Below, piece by piece: positions 30,353 through 40,724 of a stretch of DNA of 64,000 nt. Position 1 is the first letter of the stretch. Every line of letters starts with the position of its first letter. The notes beneath the pieces were generated by a model, which was not told where the DNA came from, ran no database searches, and worked only from the letters and a program-made list of their open reading frames with translations. This stretch comes from an uncultured Pseudomonadales bacterium (lineage in GTDB: Bacteria; Patescibacteriota; Microgenomatia; UBA1400; MFAQ01). The position numbers were made by a program, and so were the translations under genes. The stretch covers positions 41,590 to 105,589 of the forward strand of contig CAZENT010000005.1 in the NCBI GenBank assembly GCA_964513845.1. Reading direction: 5' to 3'.

Positions 30353-31488
30353 TCTTTGGAAATGAGTTTTCCCACCCTGGAAGATAGGGTTTGAGATGGA
30401 AGCTCAATATATTTGAAAACAAGTAATGAAATTCCGGTTGCAATCACAGTAGAAAGAACGAAGAGAGCTGTGTGTATCAAAAAATATTGACCTTGGAAGG
30501 GAAGATTGGGGAAATTTTGAAACATAAAGCGAGAAATTACATACAGAACAGAGTAGTGAATGAGATATAAACTGTAGGAAATTTTTCCAAAGAATTTTAA
30601 GACTTTGCCATCCAATAGGTTGAAAACTTTTACTTTGTCACCGTAAGCCGCGACACCAATGATAAAGAAGGAGATAATGGCTTCAACCAAACCTCCCAGA
30701 TATTCATCTGTGAGATAGCGAAATCCCAACATGAGAACAACGGCAAATGGAAAAACAAGAACGACAGTCCGGTTTGGAATATTGGTAAAGAAATCTTTAA
30801 ACTTGGGAATCATTAAACCGAGATAAAACATGTAGAGATAGCGAAGATCGCGAAAACCTTCGATATTTAATAAAGTAAAACTACTATAAATAAGAAGCAC
30901 ACTAATTAGAATGTCGGTCCACCAAGAGGTCTTTTTGTTTAGTAAGAAAAAAACAGGAAAAATAAATGAGGTAATCAAGATTACTCTTAATGTCCAAGTA
31001 ACTCCTCCAACATAAGCGTGGATAAAGAAGAAGTTTAAAATGAACTCCTTGAGAGTCATCTCGAAATTCATCCACCAGTTGTACCAAGATGATGAAAAGG
31101 GAAATGTTTGATATGAATAGCCATATCTCATATAAAGAGCGGTAAGTACGAGAATCAAAATGTAGACGGGATACAGACGAATAATCCTTTTGGCATAGAA
31201 ACCAAGAACTCCTCTGAAATCCATCTTTATTTTGGAAAGAGATGGACCAAGGACCAAACCGGAAAGCAAAAAGAAAAGGGTAACTGCCGCACCGCCATTG
31301 CCAACAAACATTAAAAGTTGTTGGAGTTTGGATTGAAGATCGTGAAAGATGAGAGGGTTTTGTAACCAAACACTGGCGAAAGCTGGGATGGTGATTACCA
31401 TGTAGGAATGATTCAAGCAAACAATAAGCGCCAGTAAACCGCGAAGTCCGTCAAGTTTGGTGAAACGCGCAGGTTTGTTGATTTCCAT
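30349..31488 (-). CDS. Acyltransferase family 3 (OafA-like)
   Basis: LDGLRGL.A..V..NH, AVTLFFLLSG, KR..RLYP, WTL, GKISYSLYLIH, YIELP. Confidence 0.9.
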   Translation of the reverse strand: MEINKPARFTKLDGLRGLLALIVCLNHSYMVITIPAFASVWLQNPLIFHDLQSKLQQLLMFVGNGGAAVTLFFLLSGLVLGPSLSKIKMDFRGVLGFYAKRIIRLYPVYILILVLTALYMRYGYSYQTFPFSSSWYNWWMNFEMTLKEFILNFFFIHAYVGGVTWTLRVILITSFIFPVFFLLNKKTSWWTDILISVLLIYSSFTLLNIEGFRDLRYLYMFYLGLMIPKFKDFFTNIPNRTVVLVFPFAVVLMLGFRYLTDEYLGGLVEAIISFFIIGVAAYGDKVKVFNLLDGKVLKFFGKISYSLYLIHYSVLYVISRFMFQNFPNLPFQGQYFLIHTALFVLSTVIATGISLLVFKYIELPSQTLSSRVGKLISKE

Positions 31489-31496
31489 TGTATTTA

Positions 31497-32267
31497 TTAT
31501 AAAAGGGTTTTTAGTCTTAGGTACAAATTAAATGTGAAATAAAACGGAAAAGAAAATATCGGAAGATGCTTTAAACAAAATCGCAGATGACTATTGGCTA
31601 AAATGATAATTTTTCTTTTTCCAATTTTATTAGTACTCGAGGACAGGCTGTGAAATATACTAACACTTGGGCAAAATTCAAGTTTGAAACCGTTCTCTTT
31701 GGCTCTAAGGCAAAAATCGACGTCTTCGTAGTATAAAAAATATCGATCATCCATCTTTATTTTCATAAAGACTTCCTTTTTTATAAATAGACAAACTCCA
31801 GAAAAATAATCAGGAGTTTTACTGGGCAAAGAGTGCAGATGAGTATTCCGACCGAATATTTTGTCTACCACACCTCCATAATCGTGGGTAATTTCCCCGT
31901 CTGATAGGTACTTGATTAGCGGAGAAATAATATCTCCCTTTGATAACAATAATTTATCAAAAAAGTCTTTTTCATTAATAACCGTGTCGTTATTAATGAG
32001 TAAAATATAATCACAACCATCTTTTATTGCCCTGGCAATCCCTAGATTGTTGCCTCCAGCAAAACCAAGATTATTTTCTGAGTGAATACTAATTATATTT
32101 GGATAGGCTTTTTCTACCTCTTCCATGGTGCCATCGTTGGAGGCATTGTCCACAATATACTGCTTTAAAATGAAATTTTTTGAGTTAACTTTTTCTACAG
32201 ATGCAAGAAGAGCTTTGGTGTCTTTTGCGTTTTTATAATGAATCGAAATTAACCCAATGGTAATCAT
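31497..32267 (-). CDS. Glycosyltransferase family 2 (rhamnosyltransferase-like)
   Basis: VDNASND, NLGFAGGNN, LINND, YFLYYEDVD. Confidence 0.9.
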   Translation of the reverse strand: MITIGLISIHYKNAKDTKALLASVEKVNSKNFILKQYIVDNASNDGTMEEVEKAYPNIISIHSENNLGFAGGNNLGIARAIKDGCDYILLINNDTVINEKDFFDKLLLSKGDIISPLIKYLSDGEITHDYGGVVDKIFGRNTHLHSLPSKTPDYFSGVCLFIKKEVFMKIKMDDRYFLYYEDVDFCLRAKENGFKLEFCPSVSIFHSLSSSTNKIGKRKIIILANSHLRFCLKHLPIFSFPFYFTFNLYLRLKTLL

Positions 32268-33193
32268 TTTTTGAGTAGATGATTAATTGAGTAATGAAAC
32301 AGAGGAAAAATTGACACGTACTTTACTAGTTTTTTGAGATATATTTTTGCAGTTCGCATATCTCCCTTGAGAATTAATATTTTGATATTTTTGAGAAAGT
32401 CTAAGGTTTTTACACGAATAACCCTTTCTTTGTCCTTTTTTGAAAGCTTAAATATTTTTTTGTAATCATTATTTTCAAAATATTTTTCTATAAATACAAA
32501 GGTTTCATCAATAAAGCGACCATCTCTTATAGCAGCCGTCGTATTTGATCCCTTGTGCATTCTGAATGAGCATAATGGTTTGTTGATATAACCAATATTA
32601 CCCATGGGGTGCATCCTGAGCCAAAACTCGAAATCTGCAAGCTGAGAGAAGCGTATGTCAAACAAACCAGCTGCAATGGCATCTTCTTTGCGGAACATTA
32701 CAGCAGATGGTTCTCCGATTCGGTTTTCCTTGATGGTTGTGATTAGTTTGTGAGCGTATTTTACGCCTGATTCTTTTATTGTTTTGTTCGCAAACTGCAT
32801 TGTATATAGAAGTTTGCTATTCTCATCTATGAATTTTCTTTTACAGGTTACGATCGAAATATCCTTATTTTTTTGAAAATAGTCAAGTTCTTTTTCAACA
32901 CAGTTGGGGTCGATTAAGTCATCTGAATGGAGAAATTTGACATATTTCCCCTTGGCTTTTTGAATACAAAAGTTCCAGTTGGGAACCATGCCCAGATTTT
33001 TCTTGTGCACAACTAGCTTTATCCTTGGATCTTTTATTTTTTTAACTAGATTAACAGTGTTGTCTGTACTGCAGTTGTCCGATACCAGTATTTCTATATT
33101 TTTATATGTTTGATTTACAGCACAATTAAGTGCATCACAAATACTATCCTCTCTGTTGTAGGTGGGGATACAAATACTAACTAAGGGGTTCAT
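32264..33193 (-). CDS. Glycosyltransferase family 2
   Basis: PLVSICIPTYNR, SDNCSTD, FLHSDD, DFEFW; start moved to ATG 33193. Confidence 0.9.
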   Translation of the reverse strand: MNPLVSICIPTYNREDSICDALNCAVNQTYKNIEILVSDNCSTDNTVNLVKKIKDPRIKLVVHKKNLGMVPNWNFCIQKAKGKYVKFLHSDDLIDPNCVEKELDYFQKNKDISIVTCKRKFIDENSKLLYTMQFANKTIKESGVKYAHKLITTIKENRIGEPSAVMFRKEDAIAAGLFDIRFSQLADFEFWLRMHPMGNIGYINKPLCSFRMHKGSNTTAAIRDGRFIDETFVFIEKYFENNDYKKIFKLSKKDKERVIRVKTLDFLKNIKILILKGDMRTAKIYLKKLVKYVSIFPLFHYSINHLLKK

Positions 33194-33896
33194 TTTCTTG
33201 AATGAATTTATCGGCTTTTTTATAATCCTCTTTTCTGCCAATATCAAAATATGTACCGCCATCTAGTTTTACGCCATAACAAGGATATTTTTCCTTATAT
33301 ATATCTATGGCTGTACTTAAAAGCCTTTCTTCAGGTTTGTCTGAGTTGGGAAGGATACTTAGCATTTTTTTTGCTTCACCGACCTTCACCTTGCCAATCC
33401 CCCAAATCCAGTTGCTGTGTGGTTTCTTGACCTTGTCTTCAATAAGTGTAATTTTATTTTGTGAATCAATACTAACTGCACCGAAATTTTCTGGATGAGG
33501 TGTGGAGAATAAACCAAGCACAACGTCTTCAGGATAGTTCTTTAATATATTAAAGCCATTTTTGGGGTACCAGATAGTATCCGGTAAACCAAAAAATATA
33601 TAATCGTCGTCCTTTAGTAGGTCAACTGAGGCAAAAATATTATCGGTGAGTGCTTTATCGTCTCTCACGATGAACACGACATTAACTTTGTACGGTGATT
33701 TTGTCGAAAGATATCGGGGAATATCCAGCTTATCTGAATTTATGGTAATAAATATTTTGTCGATTCCTGCCAAAACCATTCTTTCCAATAAATATTCGAT
33801 GATAGCTTGTTCGCCTACCAAAGCAAGCTCTTTCGAATAGGCAAGGGGTTGCAATCTAGATCCAAAACCGGCAGCTGGTATAGTTCCGTATAGCAT
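33177..33896 (-). CDS. Sugar-1-phosphate nucleotidyltransferase (RmlA-like)
   Basis: IPAAGFGSRLQP...KEL, GLPDTIW, YFDIG. Confidence 0.82.
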   Translation of the reverse strand: MLYGTIPAAGFGSRLQPLAYSKELALVGEQAIIEYLLERMVLAGIDKIFITINSDKLDIPRYLSTKSPYKVNVVFIVRDDKALTDNIFASVDLLKDDDYIFFGLPDTIWYPKNGFNILKNYPEDVVLGLFSTPHPENFGAVSIDSQNKITLIEDKVKKPHSNWIWGIGKVKVGEAKKMLSILPNSDKPEERLLSTAIDIYKEKYPCYGVKLDGGTYFDIGRKEDYKKADKFIQENEPLS

Positions 33897-33996
33897 TTAT
33901 TATTTATATAGTTATTTAACTATCCCTCTGGTATATTCTAACCTAATCAATGTATTTATACATTTGTGATTTGTTTAGTTATTATTTATCTTTTTT

Positions 33997-34665
33997 GTGA
34001 AATATCGATACGATTCTTTTAATCATCACCCCTTTCACACTCACACCATGGCGGTTGAGATTATAAAACCGGGATCGAAAGTTTTGGATGTGGGGTGTGC
34101 AACAGGCTTTTTTGCAAAGGAACTTAAGAAAAAGAAATGTGAAGTGTGGGGTGTTGACGGTAACGAAGAAGCGATAAAAAAAGCAAGCAAATACACGAAG
34201 AAGGCTATCACGAGAAATTTTGAAGTTATAAAATCACTGCCTTTTCCAAAAAGATATTTTGACTATATCGTACTAATGGATGTGATTGAACATTTGAGTT
34301 TCCCTGAGAAAATCCTTGAGGTCGTAAAGCCTCACATAAAAAATGGGGGGAAATTTATAATTTCCATTCCTAATATTGCCCACGCCTCAACTCGATGGAT
34401 GTTGTTAAATGGAAATTTTCAATATACTACTTGGGGGATTATGGATCAGACTCATTTGCGTTTTTATACAATGAAAACATTCGAATCTGCCTTGACTAAT
34501 AATGGTTTTAGAATTTTAAAAATGTTGCCCACAAATGGCATGACCAAAGTGCCTTTATTAAGAAAATTTACGGACAGACTTCCCGCTAGTTGGCAGTACC
34601 AAATAGTACGCATGGTTCCGACTCTTTTTTCTTACCAATTTATGGCTCTGGTTGAGGTTCGATAG
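33997..34665 (+). CDS. Class I SAM-dependent methyltransferase (glycan-associated)
   Basis: VLDVGCATG, DVIEHL, ISIPN, G.MD.THLRFYT. Confidence 0.88.
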   Translation: MKYRYDSFNHHPFHTHTMAVEIIKPGSKVLDVGCATGFFAKELKKKKCEVWGVDGNEEAIKKASKYTKKAITRNFEVIKSLPFPKRYFDYIVLMDVIEHLSFPEKILEVVKPHIKNGGKFIISIPNIAHASTRWMLLNGNFQYTTWGIMDQTHLRFYTMKTFESALTNNGFRILKMLPTNGMTKVPLLRKFTDRLPASWQYQIVRMVPTLFSYQFMALVEVR

Positions 34666-35965
34666 CCAAAAGAATACTTTTAATTTGTTTATCAAATAAT
34701 ACCCAAGTAACAACTAATACTGTTGGCACAGTGATCGCGGCACTCAATAATGTGGAATATGCGGCTCCCATTGCGCCAAAGCGTGGTATAAGAACAAACA
34801 TACCGACCGCGTTTAAGATAGCTGTAAAAACGGCAAAAAATGAAGCAACTTGAGGTTTCCCCATACTTTGCAATATAACTGTCGGAATTGGGGTTAGCGC
34901 ATTCAGTAAAAAATACACACTCATAATTTTTAGGATTGGATAGGCCATGTTCACAACTACCTCGTCCTTTAACCACCAAAGTAAGAACTCTTTCCCAATG
35001 GAAAACGAAAGAATTATGGCCAAAATTCCACCTGCCAGTGCTAGTAATTCGATGATGATCACTAAATTTTTCAGTTTATTGACGCGATCTTTCTGCAGCA
35101 AAGAAGTACCGAGAGGAAAGAAGGCCTGAGCTACTTGAGAGACAATTCCTGCGCCTTTAGCGACGATGTTTTGAGGAATACTGAAGGCAGTAATAGCCTG
35201 GGCTGAAACCATAATACCTAAGGCGTATTTGGAAAACTGCGCCTCGATTTGATTGGCCAAGGTACCAATAAAATTTTTGAGACCAAAATTAATAAGTTCC
35301 TCTCCTTCAGACCTTTCATATCCAGGCAGAAAATCTTTTCCCTTAAAGATTTTTGAACTGTAAGAGGCCATAAATAATAGAGTGAAAAAATGAAAGATTA
35401 ATTGCAGAAGAAAGATTAAGGCTATGTCGGGATAGATAGATGAAAGAAAAGCAGACAGAACAGTATTTGCCGACCCCACCAAAAGTGTTTTGGAGTTAAA
35501 AATATCAAATCTCTGCTCGGCTTGGGGAAGGCTTAAGAAATGAGAGTTGATGTGGTTAATAAAAATCGTGACAGTAAGGATGGCAATGACCCAATTAATT
35601 GTGGATGAGTTGATGATTTGGAACATGGGGAGAGTTCTGGTGAGGTAGATTAACAAACCCAGGACAACCAACGAAATGATTGCACCAATGAAGATAAATA
35701 GACTAAAAGATGTTTTCCAGGTGGAAATTCTTTCTTTTTTTTCAATTTCTGGCAAAGATAGTCGGCGGACTACGGCCGTAGAAATTCCAAAATCAAAAAC
35801 AGCTGATAGGGGAATAAATGCGCCGAGAAACAGATAGACACCAAACAAATCTCGGCCAAGATTGCCCAAAAGAACAGAAATGGAAAAGAAACTGGCAACC
35901 AATAAATATGCATAACTTGCTAAATTAAATCCAGTGTTTTTGATGAGACTTGATTTTATCGACAT
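34640..35965 (-). CDS. Polysaccharide flippase (Wzx/MOP family)
   Basis: About 12 TM; LG...FG.Y, FDFGI..A, LIPRFGAMGAA. Confidence 0.82.
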   Translation of the reverse strand: MSIKSSLIKNTGFNLASYAYLLVASFFSISVLLGNLGRDLFGVYLFLGAFIPLSAVFDFGISTAVVRRLSLPEIEKKERISTWKTSFSLFIFIGAIISLVVLGLLIYLTRTLPMFQIINSSTINWVIAILTVTIFINHINSHFLSLPQAEQRFDIFNSKTLLVGSANTVLSAFLSSIYPDIALIFLLQLIFHFFTLLFMASYSSKIFKGKDFLPGYERSEGEELINFGLKNFIGTLANQIEAQFSKYALGIMVSAQAITAFSIPQNIVAKGAGIVSQVAQAFFPLGTSLLQKDRVNKLKNLVIIIELLALAGGILAIILSFSIGKEFLLWWLKDEVVVNMAYPILKIMSVYFLLNALTPIPTVILQSMGKPQVASFFAVFTAILNAVGMFVLIPRFGAMGAAYSTLLSAAITVPTVLVVTWVLFDKQIKSILLAIEPQPEP

Positions 35966-37047
35966 GCAATTTCTTCGTAAATTTTTTCTATCTGTTTCCC
36001 GATTTTGTGACAGTCGTATTTTTCGACAGCTCTTTGACGAGCGACTTGGGAAAGAGATTGTCTACGCTCTTCATTATAGATTAGTTTTTCTAAGGTCGCC
36101 TTTAGGTCTTTGGGGTCTGAATGGCGAGCAATGAGCGCGGCATCACCAACCACTTCAGGAATAGCACCACTGTTGGTGGTAACTATGGGAAGGCCACACG
36201 CTAGAGCCTCTACAAGACACATGCCGTACTGCTCTGCCCAAGTTTTGGTTTCTCGACTGGGTAAACAAAAGATGTCTGCTTTTTGGTACTCACGATATAC
36301 TTGGCTGTAGGGGACCGATTTTAGATAAATATTCTTATATCCAATCAAATCATGTTTTAGAGGACCAGCGCCAACAATGGTGAGCTTTACGTTTGGATTC
36401 TTTTCTTTAATTTGTAAGAAGGCCTCTAAAAGGTCAGTAATCCCCTTCTCCGGAACCAGTCTGGCAACACACAGGATGTTAATATCTTTTGTTTTTTTCT
36501 TATGTGGGTTTGGGTGAAATTTTTTGATGTCTATTCCCATATTTATGACTGTAATTTTTTCAAGTTTGACTCCCTCTTTGACTAAACAATCTTTGGCTTT
36601 TTGAGTGACGGCCAGAAATCGATCAACATTTTCATAGGCTAATTTTTTGTATTCTTTTCTACCTTTGATTCCCTCATTGTTGAACGGTATTATTTCCCAT
36701 ACCGTACTAACGATTCTTCTGACCAATCCCCTTCTCTTCGCCATAATGGCTTGGTGAGTGTAGCCAAAATATGTTTCCGCAACATGAACAATCTCGCTTC
36801 TCTTGATAACATTATCAAGGTTGCCAAGTTTTTGGGCATCTATAAATATTCTGTTTAGAATTGGATATTTTTTGGGGAAATTGGGAAGATCTGTGGGGGA
36901 CCATAGTTTTATAAGAGGTAAGTCGATTTTGGATGAGATGGGGTGTTTTGAAGACACAGCAACTATGTTGTACTTATCCTTAAGGGAATAATAGTTTTGC
37001 AGTTCGAACGGATTTAGAAACGCTCCTCTGATGATTGAGATTTTCAT
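35956..37047 (-). CDS. Glycosyltransferase family 4
   Basis: ARLVPEKG, ADIFCLPS, EQYGMCLVEALACGLP. Confidence 0.92.
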   Translation of the reverse strand: MKISIIRGAFLNPFELQNYYSLKDKYNIVAVSSKHPISSKIDLPLIKLWSPTDLPNFPKKYPILNRIFIDAQKLGNLDNVIKRSEIVHVAETYFGYTHQAIMAKRRGLVRRIVSTVWEIIPFNNEGIKGRKEYKKLAYENVDRFLAVTQKAKDCLVKEGVKLEKITVINMGIDIKKFHPNPHKKKTKDINILCVARLVPEKGITDLLEAFLQIKEKNPNVKLTIVGAGPLKHDLIGYKNIYLKSVPYSQVYREYQKADIFCLPSRETKTWAEQYGMCLVEALACGLPIVTTNSGAIPEVVGDAALIARHSDPKDLKATLEKLIYNEERRQSLSQVARQRAVEKYDCHKIGKQIEKIYEEIACR

Positions 37048-37049
37048 AA

Positions 37050-37913
37050 TTAAAAAGTTTTTCTTGCTAGTATCAATAAATCATCAAGAATAAATAGGGG
37101 TTGAATAATAATGTTTTCGAAGATACTAAAATGCTTAATGAAAAAGATTTTTCTTGATTGTATCCAAGAAGAGTGCCTGATTTTATCTTTATTGTTACTG
37201 CTTGCCCCTCCAACATGCAGAATCCTTGAAGTATTGGCATGATATATTCTTATTCCGGCTTTTTTTGCTCTAACACAATAGTCAACATCTTCAAGGTACA
37301 TAAAATATGATTCACTTAATAATCCGATTCGTTTTATTGTACTAATCCGTATTAACATGTAACCACCGGTGACTACATCGACAGGAAACGCGTCTTTTGA
37401 ATTTTTTGTATCAAGATAATAAAAGTAATTATGCCACTTATCATTTTTGCAAATCTTTCTTAAATTTGTAAAGTCAAATATTCCCACCATTAAATTCGGA
37501 AATCGAAAATATGAACCGCTGGAGTCTCCCTTTGGATTAACAGTCTCCCCCCCACTGATGCCAGCATTGTGTTTATCAGAGCAATCTATTAAATTTATCA
37601 GGGAATTTTTTTCAAGAAGAGTGTCTGGATTTAGAAGAAGGACATAGTCGACATTATTGCTCTTGAGTATTCCTTGATTAGAAGCTTTTGCAAAACCAAT
37701 ATTTTTTTTATTTTCAATTAGATAAATAGCATCATTTTTCTTTTGTATCTTTTTTATTATATTTTTAGTATTGTCTACTGAGTTATTGTCTACAATACAT
37801 ATATTGTATTTTATTGATCGCAAATTACTTTTGACGATTGAATTAATACATTTCTCAATATAGTTTTGAGAATTAAATGTTACAATGATAATTGAGATTC
37901 TGTACTTTTTCAC
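37050..37913 (-). CDS. Glycosyltransferase family 2 (WbbL-like)
   Basis: IIIVTFN, VDNNSVD, NIGFAKASNQG, LLNPD, YFMYLEDVD. Confidence 0.9.
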   Translation of the reverse strand: MKKYRISIIIVTFNSQNYIEKCINSIVKSNLRSIKYNICIVDNNSVDNTKNIIKKIQKKNDAIYLIENKKNIGFAKASNQGILKSNNVDYVLLLNPDTLLEKNSLINLIDCSDKHNAGISGGETVNPKGDSSGSYFRFPNLMVGIFDFTNLRKICKNDKWHNYFYYLDTKNSKDAFPVDVVTGGYMLIRISTIKRIGLLSESYFMYLEDVDYCVRAKKAGIRIYHANTSRILHVGGASSNNKDKIRHSSWIQSRKIFFIKHFSIFENIIIQPLFILDDLLILARKTF

Positions 37914-37946
37914 GCATTTGTTATATTAATAATTTAATTTTACAAA

Positions 37947-40580
37947 ATGAAGTCCTGCATGTTGCTTCTACTTGGTGGTCTAGTCGGAATCTTATCATTA
38001 TTTGTTTCTCCAGGCGATGTCTGGGCAGGCTCACTTTTTGAAGATCATTTTTCATCAATCGATACGGATAGGTGGACAATAAATGTAAGAGGGAACGGAA
38101 GAGTCACAATTGAAGATAATTCAATATTAAGGTTATCTTCATCAAGTGATTATTTTTTTCCCTATGTGTATCTAAATAATCTTGTAATTCCAGATAATAA
38201 TTATTCAATAGAAATAAAATATAGAATTTCTGGAGAATATAATTACGGGAGTGGAATTATATTTTCTGATAAATTGCTACCATACAACGGTCAAAACGAC
38301 ATAACTCTTTCGGATACAATTTTCCAAATTTGGCCAGATGCTGAATCGAACATATGGGTTAATTCTGCAGTGTGTGAGGATGGTTCTACGGATTGTTCTT
38401 TTCCTTTTTTTAACAGAGTTGCACCAACAACAATAAACGAATGGAATACTCTTAAAATTGTTTCCGATACCAACAATCGATTCTATTTATATATAAATAA
38501 TAATCTTGAATTTGTATCGACCACATCGTCATCAAAAATTAAACATATTTGGTTTGGAAATCCAGAAAGAACTATAACCTCCACAACAAGAACCACAGTT
38601 GATATTGATTATTTATCAATTTTTACAAATATTCAGACGAATACAAATCCAGTAATAGTAATTCCTGGTCTTGGAGCAAGTTGGGATTTGGGGGCAATTT
38701 TAAGTGGAACAGACGGTTCAAATTGGCAAATTCCAAGTTTTGTTAATAATTATGATGGACTAAAAAGCTCCTTAATTAACGCCGGATATTCATATACTGA
38801 GGGTAGAAAACTATACACATTTGCCTATGATTGGCGAAAACCTCTTGACGTTTTGGCTGATCGACTAGACGCCTATATCGAAACAAACATTCCTTCTGAC
38901 GAAAAGGTGGATCTAGTAGGCCACAGCATGGGAGGTTTGGTAGCGAGAGCGTATGCCCAGAAACATGGGGTATCGAGAATAAATAAAATTGCAGAAATTG
39001 GATCTCCAAATTTGGGCTCTGCAGAAGCATACAGTATTTGGGAAGGAGCTACGCTTTTGGACGATACTTGGTGGACTAAGCTAGCACTAGAGCTTACAAC
39101 TCATTTTGGTGCGAACCCTGGTGAGTCAAAAATTCAAACGATTCAGAGAGTCGCCCCATCAATTAAGGATTTACTCCCCACAACACCCTTCTTATCCCAA
39201 AACGATAGTTTGATTCCCTGGTCTGAAATGAATCAAAAAAATACTAACTTGGCAGAATTAAATCAAGACATTAGTTTAATTAATCCCCTACTGAAGGTTT
39301 TTTACAGTAAAGACAAACAAACAAAGTCAACAATAAACGTAATTGCCCCCAGCACTGACGAACTTGCGGCAGGAATGTGGGTAGATGGAAAGCCAACTAA
39401 CAATCCATTTTCATTTGTCGATGGGGACGGAACTGTTACAGAATCAAGCGCAAAGGGTTCTTTTACCAATACTATTCAAGGGTCTGGATGGCATGGCGAG
39501 CTTGTTACAAAAGAAGATAACCTTAAAAATGTTTTTGATTTCCTAGGACTTGATCAAACAAAAGTAATCGCCGGAAGTTTTGATTCCAGAAAAAATGTTC
39601 TTGTTGCCGCATTACGATCTCCCGGAAAACTTGAAGTGTGTAATTTTGATATGACTTTGTGTAATTCAGACATTGGAATATTCTTACCCGATAATGATTT
39701 GTTTATTCTTCCTGGTTACTCCAGCGAGAAACTAATTTTGAAGGTTACTGAAGACGAGGGTGGCGAGTATGCCGTGCATTTAGGTGATATTGGTGACGAA
39801 GCTGATTGGAAAATTCTGAATGGTAATCTCCAAACCGATGGTCAGGTGGATTACTACAACATCGGAAGAGATGGAGAAAACATCACATTTGAGGTAGATA
39901 AAACCGGCCCTTCAGTTCCACAAATCACAGGATTTCATAATCCTGAGTTGGCATGCGGAGGTGCAACAAATCAACACAATGTCACAGTAGACTGGACAGA
40001 TTCGACCGATACAAATGGAGTTTCGAAGTATTTGTACAACATTGATTACCCAATAAACGGCTCAAGAAGTCTGTGGAATGCTAGTTTCCAATTATCTCAG
40101 TACCGAGGATCACTTAATGAAGGAGTTCACTATATAAAAGTCAGAGCAGAAGATAGATTTGGAAATTTGTCAGACTGGTCAAATATTTGTAGCGTGACTG
40201 CCGATTGGACCGCACCAAAAGTAACCATAACCTCTCCTGTGGCAGGAACATATAATTTTAGAGATTTACCAAAATTAAAATTTACGGCAACAGATAATTT
40301 GGATACCAACTTGGAAGTATCGAATACGGGGTTGCCAAAAAGTGAGGGTACTCACACAGTCACTGTGACAGCAAAAGATGATGCCGGGAATATTGGATCT
40401 GCATCTGTAACTTACATGATAAAGAAAGATCACCTACGTGACGTGTGTAAAAAGAATGGCTGGAGAATGTTTGGGTTATTTCGATATAGAAACCAAGGAG
40501 AGTGCGAAAAATATTTTGACCGGCTTGAAAGAATCTACGAAATGACTCACAGATATACAAATATCTGGAGTTGGAGATAA
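37947..40580 (+). CDS. Secreted modular alpha/beta hydrolase (LCAT/PGAP1-like lipase) with N-terminal beta-sandwich and C-terminal Ig/FN3-like domains
   Basis: Signal peptide; PVIVIPGLGAS, YDWR, GHSMGG nucleophile elbow, GSPNLG, DGDGTV, WHGEL; A.D..GN repeats; C-terminal CKKNGW..NQGEC. Confidence 0.8.
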   Translation: MKSCMLLLLGGLVGILSLFVSPGDVWAGSLFEDHFSSIDTDRWTINVRGNGRVTIEDNSILRLSSSSDYFFPYVYLNNLVIPDNNYSIEIKYRISGEYNYGSGIIFSDKLLPYNGQNDITLSDTIFQIWPDAESNIWVNSAVCEDGSTDCSFPFFNRVAPTTINEWNTLKIVSDTNNRFYLYINNNLEFVSTTSSSKIKHIWFGNPERTITSTTRTTVDIDYLSIFTNIQTNTNPVIVIPGLGASWDLGAILSGTDGSNWQIPSFVNNYDGLKSSLINAGYSYTEGRKLYTFAYDWRKPLDVLADRLDAYIETNIPSDEKVDLVGHSMGGLVARAYAQKHGVSRINKIAEIGSPNLGSAEAYSIWEGATLLDDTWWTKLALELTTHFGANPGESKIQTIQRVAPSIKDLLPTTPFLSQNDSLIPWSEMNQKNTNLAELNQDISLINPLLKVFYSKDKQTKSTINVIAPSTDELAAGMWVDGKPTNNPFSFVDGDGTVTESSAKGSFTNTIQGSGWHGELVTKEDNLKNVFDFLGLDQTKVIAGSFDSRKNVLVAALRSPGKLEVCNFDMTLCNSDIGIFLPDNDLFILPGYSSEKLILKVTEDEGGEYAVHLGDIGDEADWKILNGNLQTDGQVDYYNIGRDGENITFEVDKTGPSVPQITGFHNPELACGGATNQHNVTVDWTDSTDTNGVSKYLYNIDYPINGSRSLWNASFQLSQYRGSLNEGVHYIKVRAEDRFGNLSDWSNICSVTADWTAPKVTITSPVAGTYNFRDLPKLKFTATDNLDTNLEVSNTGLPKSEGTHTVTVTAKDDAGNIGSASVTYMIKKDHLRDVCKKNGWRMFGLFRYRNQGECEKYFDRLERIYEMTHRYTNIWSWR

Positions 40581-40581
40581 A

Positions 40582-40684
40582 TGGAGGTCGCGACAGGAAT
40601 CGGTCATCAGTAAATTTCTGCTGAAATTTCTTCTGACCACGCCTCAGCACCAGTCGTACTTCCGGCTTTTCGATTCTTCCCGAC
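40582..40684 (-). other. tRNA-associated two-hairpin element (copy B, behind tRNA-Val), ending in a 17-bp duplicate of the tRNA 3' end plus TCCA
   Basis: 40586-40602 is identical to 40725-40741; degenerate inverted copy at 40671-40684; internal hairpins at 40641-40666 and 40602-40638. Confidence 0.75.
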
Positions 40685-40690
40685 TTGATA

Positions 40691-40724
40691 CACAAAAGTC
40701 ATACCGCAAGGGTATGACATTTGT
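40691..40724 (-). terminator. Intrinsic terminator after tRNA-Val
   Basis: Minus strand GTCATACC-CTTGC-GGTATGAC followed by TTTTGT. Confidence 0.75.
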
